A stretch of DNA of 64,000 nt from Ginglymostoma cirratum. Taxonomy: Eukaryota. The stretch is from assembly GCA_024137785.1 (NCBI GenBank), contig JAHRHZ010000111.1, positions 25,099,298-25,163,297 of the forward strand. The letters are read 5' to 3'. The notes below the pieces were generated by a model, which ran no database searches, was not told the DNA's origin, and saw only the letters and a program-made list of their open reading frames with translations. Every line of letters begins with the position of its first letter. The stretch's first letter is position 1. The position numbers and the translations under genes are program-made. Shown piece after piece: positions 53,659 through 64,000 of this stretch.

Positions 53659-56600
53659 CTATGGAAAATGAGAGAAGATAAAATCCAAACCAGGAAAATA
53701 GTGTGTAAAAACCAAACAGAAAGGAGTTATAAAAAAAAATACAGTGCATTTACTTCTTTTGTTTCCAGTAAAAAGGAATGGTAGTAGAACAAGTCACATC
53801 TTTTTTGTAACAAAAAAATATATACTGCATTATTTTCACGTCAAGCTCCAAATTCAATGATACTAATTAAAATTGGTATATTGCAATAACAGACGAAGTG
53901 TTAATGGGGCAGCAGTCAAGTGTGTCAGGAAAATGAAGGGACCCTTGGGGGCCTGGCACGGTGTTTATAATCAGCTAAAATCAGCATCCACAGGAGAGCT
54001 GCTCTACCATAAATCTCCTAATAGCTTGAAAAGAACTACTGCAGATTTGAAAGAAACAAAATTACTTCCAAGTATTATTTAACCCGGCTTGCTACAATAC
54101 AAAAATGTAACAACATAACCAGTGTATTGCAGTAATCTTTCAGAAATAAGTTTGTTTTTAGATTGCATAGATAAACATTCAAGGCTAGAAGGACGATGTT
54201 TTCAAGGGTTCTACTTTGAACTTCACACTTTGTTACTTACATGTTTAGTCAACGTCTGCTGTAAAATTATTATTTTCATTCTTATTCTTTAGTTCAAACA
54301 GGAAACCATTTTTCTGAGGACTAAACGCAAATCTTGGAATAGGCAACCCCCTAAAAGTGGGCTGTTTATGTCACAACATTAGCAAATTTCGGGGGAACTA
54401 TCATTCAATTCTCCATTAAAATGAAACAGTATTCAGGTTAAACCTAATTTATTTTTGTCGGCTGCAGCTGTTACAAATACTGTTCCTTCTGCTGTTGTCT
54501 ATGAGTAGGAGCCTGCATTTGTATTTCAGCACCTGGGACAGCAGCCACAACCAGGCTGAACCTGCATCAATGATTTTGACAGTCATTGTTTATTTCGGCA
54601 CTATCTCAAACGAATCAAAGCCGAACAAAAGTTAGGACAGGGCTACAGTTTTGCTGTTTCCTTGTTCAAATTTCCTGACTGAACAATTGCTTTAATAATA
54701 CAAACTGTTAATTATCCATGACCAGTCAATGCATTTTGGTGCTATTTCCATTTGGACTCAAGGGTGTTCTGTAAAATATGGAGCATCTAGCTGATAGAAA
54801 CGTTTTATGAACATCTCTTAGATACGTTATCACTGATGTTTCTTTCGGGTTGGGGGGGAGGGGGGATGAATAAAATGTCCACCACGAGATTAATGTTTTC
54901 AAGTACAGGTTAAGGAGAAAATTTTAGTATTTGTGATTTGCCTACACACCTATTTTCAAAGAGGCATTTTTAAATACATGTTTGATGAGCCTCACAGACA
55001 AATATTCTGCAAACTCCCTTTGGAATAGTGAGGAGTATGCTTTGTGAAAATGTCATCTGCCTGTGCTGCAATTACTCACACTTCAGCAATCATGTTCACA
55101 ATGCAGAATGGGTCGAATTCAGGTGAGTACCAGAACCAGCAATCATTCTCTGGAATGAGAACAAGGCCATTTTCTTTCATTTCCCATCAACACAACTATC
55201 AAGGCCTTAATTACAAGGCAAGTGTCAGGCCTGGCTGGTGAAAGGCTTATTATTATACAGCTCAGGGAAAAAATCAGTTTTGTATTGATGAGCAGCAGAA
55301 ATGAGAAAAACAAGGCTTGGGCCCACAAGAAGGAACAAAAAGCCTCTGGCCAGAGAAAAAATATAGGAACGTCTCAGTTGTAATAGGTTATTTTCAACTG
55401 CAGTGGTCATGATGCTTTTCTGGTACCAGTCACAAAAGTAAGGTTAGACTGCCTCAAAATAGAGGAGGAAAAGTTATTTTTAATTAATTCATTACTTTCA
55501 CTAATTATATATCAAGACAATGGAATATTTTAAATTTGCCTGAAAAAACTAATCTTATCTGCTCGAAGGAATTAAACCTTGAGCATGCTTCTGTTGGTCC
55601 ATAAATGATAATAAAAAAATCCATTTTCTGTTTTATTCTGTAGTTGACAGTTGAAGACACACCCATCAAAAAAAAATGGCCTTGTATAATGAGTTTTTGT
55701 TTTAAATAACACCACAGCAAAATGAATGTCACTCAGGACAATTATCCATCGGCTGCTGACTAATACAGTAGGATTAAAGACTGCCCACAAGCATTGCCAG
55801 TTTTAGTAGACACAGAAATATAGCTTTTCTCTGAACATATATGTCACCTTACTATTAAGAAGAATATGTGTTATCTATCAGTTGTTTATATTGAAGATTC
55901 TAGTCATCGGGCTCATCTTCCACTAATTGTGTCTCTAATATAGATAGGTATTTTCCTTTGTATCCAGTTTTATTTTTATTATGCTGCTTCCCGCAGCTAC
56001 ACTTAAAGAAAGGGAATGACAGAAAGTCACCCATCCATTGAGTCAGCCCTTCCCAAAAATGCAGAGTGATGTTGACTGATAGGTAATTAGCCAGGTTACC
56101 AGGAGAACTCAGTTTCTCTTCTTTGAATAGTATCATTGAATTTCTAACATCAGAGGGGGCAAATGACATTGGAATCAATTTTTTAAAAAAATCTCTCTAT
56201 GGCCTCACTGGTGGTAAGCAGATGTCATGCTGATGGTAGCAGCAGATGCTGGGGTGTGGGTAGATCCTGGGCTCCTAAAAGATGAAGGAGACAAATCTGC
56301 AGTGGGAAGGAACATTAGCATCCAAAGATCCCAAAGAAACCTTTGGCAATATAAGAAAGGCCTTGGTAATATATGCGCATAACATGATACAAGGATAAAT
56401 ATTATTTCCCTTTGTAAAAAGAAAACATGGCAATGCCTAGAAATCACTGACCAGTTAATTTGAATTCAGTTATCGGCAAACTGAAATACTCTAAAACATA
56501 AATTGAACATTTGGAAATACATGAATTAATGAGGGCTAATCAGCAGAACATGTTTGGCAAAATGCATAGCTTTAGAAATAAGGTATAAAAGAAACGAGTA

Positions 56601-57624
56601 GATGAGCTTTAAATGAATTTTCAAAATGCATAATAAGGGTTTCCAAACTAGATAATGTATAGAAAAGTACAATAGCAGATGGAATTTTTTCTCATATATG
56701 AATGTTGTTGGTAACGTCGATGTTTGTTCCACAGCTCTCATTGCCCTTTGAACTGAATGGCTTCCTAGGACATTTGAGACAGCAACAAAGATTCGACCGC
56801 ATTGCTGTGGGTCTAGGGTTATATGTACACCAGGCCAGGCCTCGTCTTCTATGAAGGGCATTACTTAACCATCTGGCTTTATAAAACAATAGTTACATGG
56901 CTGTCATTAGACCAGTCTTTAATTTAATTCCAGATTATATGTTTCACAGAGGTCTGCACTGGGGATCACTTCAATTTTCTGTAGCACCAATGATGCAGAG
57001 TATACAAAGGAGGCTGGGATCTTCTACTCTCATCAGTGGTTAGCTTTGAGGCCAAAGGAATGTGTAGGTAGACTTTTGGCCAGCAGCTCTCACCAGGCAG
57101 GATTTCCATCCCCTGGGGTCTTCATTTCAGGGGAAGTACCCCCAGTTGCCTTGCCACAGCCTAGTAGACATGTGGTTCAATTCATCAGGCCTTCCCCAAA
57201 ATGCTTTGCACCAGTTCTCCTCCCACCAGATGAGACCAATGCCTCCACAAGAATCCATCCAATGGAAAAATATGAACAGCTGCTAGCAAGACTGAATGAT
57301 GACAAACTGTAATAAGAATGACGGAAAACCTAAAGAGATCACCAAACAGGTGGCACCTGCAGTTCAATATCAAAAATGTAGAAGTGCTACATTCCAAAGT
57401 AGGAAGTAGAAAAGGAAATATAATAGTAGGATTTTCAAGGAACAGAATGACCTTGGCACACTAATGGCAAAGTAAAGGCTTTGTCTAATTCATTGTTGGA
57501 TTACTAGTAAGCCCAACATTGATTGCCAATCTTTAATTGCTCTTGAGAAGCTGATGGAAAGCCAAATTCTTGAACTGTTGCAAGCAGCTTTGGTGTTAGT
57601 ATGCCCATAGTGTTGTTAGAGAAG

Positions 57625-60600
57625 GATCACAGAATTCTTACAGTGCAGAAGGGGGCCATTTGGCCCATTGTGTCCACACTGTCTCCCTGACTGAGCATCA
57701 TGACGTGCTACTTGCCTATCACTTCCCCACAACCCGAAATATCTAATTGCCTCTTGATGCCTCAATTAAACCTGCCTTCACTACATTTCTGGGCAGTGTA
57801 TTTCAGACCCTAATAACTAACTGTGTGAAAACAGTCTTCCTCACATTGCATTTGCTTCTTTTGCCAATTATTTTAAATCTGTGCCATCTTGTTTTTGATT
57901 CTGTTATGAGTTGGATAGTTTCTCCCTATCTGCACTTTGTAGCCCCCACATGATTTTTAAAGTTTCTATGAAATAGTTTCTTAGCCTTTACCTCTCCAAG
58001 GAAATCAATCCCAACTTACTCCCATTACTGAAATTTCTCATCCCTGGAACCAGTGTCTTATATAAGTTCAGCATAACTTAATTGTCCTTGTACTATATGC
58101 TCCCATTTATAAGGATATATGCATTTTAGTAACTGCTATATCCAACTGTTCTACCACGTTTAATGATTTATGCATGCATTCTCAGGTCTCTTTTCTCCTT
58201 TAGAATAGCAGGCCTTAATATAAATTGTCTCTCCATGTTCTTTCTAACAAAATACATCACCTCACACTTCCCTACATAGAACCCCATCTACCATTTGTCT
58301 GCCTTTTCCATCAACTAGTGAATGTCCTTTTTAGGTCCGACACTGTCCATCTCACAGTTTACAATGGCTCCAAGTTTTGGAATCTTTGGAACTATCCCAA
58401 TTCTATATCATTTAGATATAGGGGAAACAAGGTCCCTAATACCACCATCTGAAGAATTCTATCACAAACCTTCCTTCAACTCCAAAAATATCCATTAACC
58501 ATCACTCTATATTTCCTATCACTTGGTCTATTTAATTTCCACATTGCTACTGTCCTTCTTACATCATGAGATCTAACTTTTGCACAAGTTTGTATGCGAC
58601 ACTTTATCAAACGCCTTTTGTATGTCCATGTACACCACATCAACAGTGTCACTCTCATCAATACTCTCTGTTATCTCTTCAATAAACTCCGGCAAATTAG
58701 TTAAACATGATTTTCCCTTAATACATCCATGTTGGCTCTCCTTAATTGTGCCACATTTGCCTGTGTGGACAAATTCCATCCTGAATGTTTGTTCCTAGAA
58801 GCTTCCCTACCACCAAAGTTAAACTGTTTGGCCTCTAATTGCTGGGCTTATCCTTCAACCCCTTTTTGAACAGGGTGTAATGTTTGCAATTCTCCAATCA
58901 CCAACTCTGACTCTAAGGAAAACTAAATAATTATCAGGGCTTCTGCAATTTCCACTCTCACTTCCTTCAGTTCCCTTGGCTGAGGGATGAGATAGGTCAG
59001 CCAGTTAGATGGCTGGTTTGCAATACAGAACAATACCACCACTGTGGGTTCAATTCCTCTGTCAGCAGAAGTAACTCCACCTCTTACCTTGCCTGAGGTG
59101 TGGTGACCCTCAGGTTAAACCACCCCAGTCATCTGTAATGAGAATCTGGTAAGATTTAGGCAAATTTAATTTCATCTGATCATGGGGTTGTGGTAAATTT
59201 AACTGCAGTCTATACATTATGTCTCCCTTATAGATTTTTAAACACTTCTAGTGATTAAATTGTCACCATGACCTGAGCAGCATCTGCTCCCTTGTTAAAG
59301 ACAGATTCAAAGTATTAATTTAACACCTCAGTCATGCCCCTGCTTCCATGTGTAAAACTACTTTACTGGTCCCCAGTTAGCCCTGCCTCCTTCTTTTAAC
59401 CCTTTACTATTTATTTGCCTATAGGTGACTTTGTGATTCCTTTTTATGCAAGCTGCCAGTTCCTTATCATAATCTCTTATTTGATTTTTCACCTCCATTC
59501 TGAACCTTTCACATTCAGCTTGGTTCTCAGTTATGTATTCTACCTGATAAGCACTTTTTTTTTCTTTATCTTAATTTCTAATGCCTTTTTCATCCATGGA
59601 ACTCTGGATTTGTTTCTCCTTAAAATTCTCTTTTGAGGGAAAAATACCTTGACCATGCTCAAATCATCTCTTATTTGAAGGTGGCCCATTGTTCAGCTAT
59701 ATATTTTTTCATCAACCTATGACTCCAGTCTATCTGGACCAGCTCTGTTCTGAGCCCATTGAAGTGTGTTCTGCTCCATTTAATCATTATTATTGTGGAT
59801 TTTTGTTCTTTTCCACTATCATGATCACCATTTCTTTGTTAAAGGTCAGTCACCTCAGCTCCAGGATATCTCCAAGGGGTACGTCAGGATAGTGTCCTAG
59901 GCCCAACCATTTTCAGCTATTTCATCAGTGACCTGTCTCCAGAAGTGGAGATGTATGCTGATGACTATTACCAATGCACCAACTCACACAGCTACTTAGG
60001 CAGTCTGTATCCATATGCAGCAAGACCCAGACAATATCCACGCTGACAAGTGGCAAGTCACATTCGTGCCACACACATGCCAGGTAATGACCATCTCCAC
60101 AAGAGAGGATCCAATTATCACCCTTTGACATTCAATTGTATCTCCATTACTGAGGAAAGTAGGGCAGATTACCACTACCTTCCCAAGGGCAACTAGGGAT
60201 GAGTAAGAAAGTGTGGCCCAGCCAGTGATGCCTACATCCGAAGGATGAATTTAGTAAAGGTTCTCCCCACTGAAACTTGATCAACGTGGGTCACATCAAT
60301 CCCCAGAATCACGTCCAGTAAAGACTTCTTTCTCAGGGGACTGAATATACACTGCTGCAGAAATTCTCATGAACAACAATCAACGAATGCTTGTCCATCT
60401 GCCCTTTACATGATGAATATTTCAATCTACATTCAGATAATTAAAGTTCCCTCTCATAACTTGCACCTCTCTGTAATTTCCCTGCAATTTGTTCCTCTAC
60501 ATCCTTAACATTCGTTAGTGGAATGTCGACTCTGCTGAGCATTGTAACTACATGTTTATTTTTCTCTCATAGCCTGAGCCAAATCAATTCAGTCCTTGAC

Positions 60601-61445
60601 CTCTCTGAGATATTCTTATTCTCCAGCAGTGCAATTCTCTCCTTAACCAACATTCTCAGTCATTTTCCTCTCCTTCTTTTCCTGTCTTTCCTGATGAGCT
60701 TTTGTCCAAAAATATTTATCCTCAAGCTAGGTCACTGTTACCACCACAACATCATAATTCAACATTGCAATTTGTGCTTGTAAGTCACCAATCTTATTTG
60801 CCACACTCTATGCATTCTCAGACATGCACTGTAACCCTGTTTTAGAATGCTCTTATTATTTCCTTATTGTGACACCACCTGGTAACTTACTGTCTTACTT
60901 AATATTTTGTGTGCCTTGGGTTCCCCTCTGACATTTGCTCCTGGATCCTACCCACCCTCTGATTTAGTTTAAACCTTCTTCCTCAGCCGTTGCATAAGGA
61001 ACTCAGGCCTGGTTCTGATCGGATGCACCTGACTGGCTTCGACAAGTGCCATCTTCCCCAGAACCAATCCCAGTGTCCCAGGAAGCTAAAGCCCTTCCTT
61101 GTGCGCCATCTTTTCAGCGACATAGTCAGCTACCTTATCCTCTTAGATTGGTGCTCACTTGCACGTAGCATTGGGAGTAATCCTGGGATTTTTGCTTTTG
61201 AGATCCTGCATGTTAATTTTCTACCTATCTCCCTAAATTCTGACCGAATGACCACATCACCTCCTTCTCTACTTAATTCATTGCTAGCAATATGAGCCAT
61301 GGACGCTAGATGTTCATGGCCCTTCAGAAAAACATCTTTCAGTCACTCTGTGCCATCCTTGACCCTGGCACCACACAGGCAATATACCACTTTTACGGCT
61401 GCAGAAGTGCCTGTCTGTTCCCCTAACAAACAAATCCCATATCAC
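57625..61445 (-). mobile_element. Old near-full-length CR1 LINE with nested SINE (~58985-59170) and L2-group fragment (~59845-60255)
   Basis: 3'UTR at 57625. RT motif SQHGCIKGKSCLTNLPEF...VDVVYMDIQKAFDKV (58573-58779). APE remnants ~60260-60840. ORF1 esterase remnants ~60990-61430 (GARVKD-like). Confidence 0.85.
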
Positions 61446-61509
61446 CACAGGAGTTCAAAGTTTTGATCCAGTGAATATGCAGAAGTGGCAAAACATTGCC
61501 AAATTAGGG

Positions 61510-61900
61510 TGGTGTGTGATTTTGAGGGGAACTTGTAGGCCGTGGTCTTCCCATTTGCCTGCTGTTCTTGTTCTTCTTGTTGATTAAGTTCATGGTTTTG
61601 GAAGGCGCTGACAAAGAAGTCTTGATGAGTTGCTTACAGCACTTTGAAATTGATACAACTATTACTGTGTGCGAGTAGTGGAGGAAAGGAATGCTTAGAA
61701 TGATGGACGGAGTGTCATTCAGGTGGGTCGCATTGTCTTAGATGGTCAAGAGCTTCCTGAGTGTTGTTGGAGCTGCACTGATCCACAAAATAAAGAGTGT
61801 TCTGTTATAATTCTATTTCATGCCTTGCAGATTATAGACAGGTTTTGAGGCATCAGGAGACAAGATATTAACGCAGAAATCCCAATGTCTAACCAGGTGA
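61510..61900 (-). mobile_element. L2/CR1-group LINE 3' fragment
   Basis: Reverse complement of the family at 28590-28990 (gtcaagagcttcctgagtgttgttggagctgcac). Confidence 0.75.
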
Positions 61901-61920
61901 CTAAAATAAACAGAATCCAT

Positions 61921-64000
61921 GGGCTGAATTTTACAGTATTTTGGTTAAGTGCAACTTGCGATGAGTTTGATGAAGTAATTCTTGCTTCTCGGCTGAATGA
62001 ATTTTCTCTTCGTATTTTACAAAACACACTGCATTAAATGCCATTCCTGTTCTACTGTTGAGTATGATATCTGATTTCCACACCATTACACCATGTGCTG
62101 TTACTGAAATTACGTGCCACACATCAGAGATCCACACTAAGACTGGCATCCCTTGCGTCAGTGCCATCTTTGAAAGTCCTGGAGGAGCGCCTGCATCTGG
62201 CAGCTGCCCTGCTTTTTGTTGGGAACTGAGGTGAGATGGCATCATGGTTCTCTGGAGGTCCTGGTAGATGGAGTGCCACTAATGAGGACAGTCCTCTTCC
62301 TCAAGGACTGGCAGAGGAGACCTTGACACCACACCATGCCAACCTTGACAAAACACAGTACCCAATTCAGTGCCATCTTCAGGGTACAGAAAACCATACT
62401 GCAAGAAGGTGAATGGCCTTTTCTTGTCCACCAGGGTATGTGTAATACAGGTGTCCTTGTCACCACACCCACCACCCAGTGAGACCCATGCTTTAATATT
62501 CCCTCTATTGCATGCTCATCTTCCCTCACTCACCTTTTTTCATCCTCCCATTCTTCGCCAGCCTGAGCCCAGCAGTCCATCTGTGCTACCTCGTCTCTCT
62601 CTCAGAACATCTCAATACCTTTCCCTTGCATGCACCAACACTAACAGCCATGTCATCCACTTGGGTCTTAGCCATTCACCCCTTTAAATCATTACAGGAG
62701 AATACATCCCATATTAGAGCAAAGCAAGCCCCATTACAGAGAGATCCGTGAGCCAGCAATCAAGTAAAGACCTCTTAACATTGCACTGAATCACAAACAT
62801 TAACCAGGCAGTCAGTGTCGGGCACGCTTGTAACCAGTAGCCATACCACCTTTTGCATCTTGTACAGATGCAGCCGATACCGTGGGTATATCAACAGATG
62901 GCTGCTTGTCTCCCCTAGGGTGTACATCCTTGATCTCATGGACAACAATGTCCAGAGCTGGAAGAATAATTGACAAGGCTGGAGAAATAATCAACAGGAA
63001 TAAGTAACAAGCTGAAAGAATAATTAACAAGGTTGCTTCCTGGACTCCCCGCTATACCAACCAAATCTGATGCCGAAATGTTGACAGGCTTGACAGGCAA
63101 AATGAGTGTGGAATGGGAGGCAGCGGAGGACCCCACATTGACTGTTGCATAATCGGGTAAGGCAGAGACAGTCCAGGCTGCTAGCATAAGAGGAGAGCCA
63201 GTGACAAGGTACTTTTTCAGCCCCCAGCAGAAGAAGACCACATGGTCTCAGCAATTAAGGACTTAATATAAATGCAAAGGGAGCAGCAGCAGTGGTAGAC
63301 AGGCATTCAGGACAACTGACCCACATCACTGAAAGGCTTGGGCAATACAGCCAGTCCTGTGATGCACTAGCTGTCATTGATCAGAAAGTGGAGCAATGCA
63401 TTCAGATGAGTAACTGCCTGTCTGCCTCAACGGATGGGTTGGTGGCTACGATGGAAGATAGACCCAGCACCCGTAAGGTGTCCTGGAGAGTTGTGCTTTC
63501 CTGCACTTCATAGCCCCAGGGTTTGAATCTAAGGACCAAAGGCAGAGTGAGAGTGGAGAGTGTCCCCATCCTCACAAGGAGGCAAGGCAGTGTCAGGAAG
63601 CGCCCAAGCCACACACAACCCACTCAGTTTTCTCTACTCAGGGCACTGTGAAGTTGGCTGGGTCCTCCTCCTCTTCTACCCTGCCTGCCTCCCTCCCTCC
63701 AAACCTTGGAAAATCAAGCTGTGTGGGGTCGACTTGCCTGTGGGCACCACTACAGAACAGGTTCCCTCCACCTTATCTGCGGAACATGGTAACATAGTGA
63801 GGTTCAGTGGTAGGGAGAGAAGAGGGAAGGTAGACCAAGGGCCATGGCTGATGGTAATGCAATTAGTTTGTTTTGCTAATAAATATTGGTTTTTCATCAT
63901 TTATCTCATTGTTCACATCTCAGACTCAGGCCTAGAGATGCTGGTTGCGTCCTGTGGCATCACTCCTTAGGCAGTAACAAGGCACAATGGTAGTGGGTCT
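61921..64000 (+). mobile_element. PIF/Harbinger DNA transposon relic with intron-containing Myb/SANT-like gene remnant, running off the window end
   Basis: Starts gggctgaattttac. 62249-62435 reads SLEVLVDGVPLMRTVLFLKDWQRRP*...CKKVNGLFLSTR|gtatgt, and the next exon at 62698 reads ENTSHIRAK, resembling Harbinger Myb/SANT-like proteins. Coiled-coil-like remnant ~63250-63460. Confidence 0.65.

Overview
Eukaryotic, repeat-rich vertebrate DNA, almost certainly from a cartilaginous fish (HE1-type SINEs, SacSINE1/Deu-SINE-like copies, shark-type CR1, L2-group and Penelope elements). The window lies inside the 5' half of a minus-strand MYT1-family C2HC zinc-finger gene. The encoded N-terminus is closest to MYT1L, but a shark ST18 that kept zinc finger 1 cannot be excluded. 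Three short coding exons (17227-17281, 17014-17047, 16650-16712) encode [52 protein letters not shown] well-defined upstream exon lies at 53543-53658, and the next coding exon was not found in the window. The rest is intron filled with decayed transposons and TE-poor islands. Main observations: (i) about ten short Penelope-terminus insertions carrying minimal hammerhead-ribozyme motifs (CUGANGA-stem II-GAAA), seven flanked by 8-16 bp target-site duplications and several starting at the ribozyme core; (ii) one of these contains a 71-bp copy of DNA found 1.6 kb away; (iii) the upstream exon has a short uORF overlapping an in-frame CUG in strong context; (iv) a ~1.16-kb fold-back element. All repeat family names come from visual recognition, not a database search, and TE boundaries are approximate.
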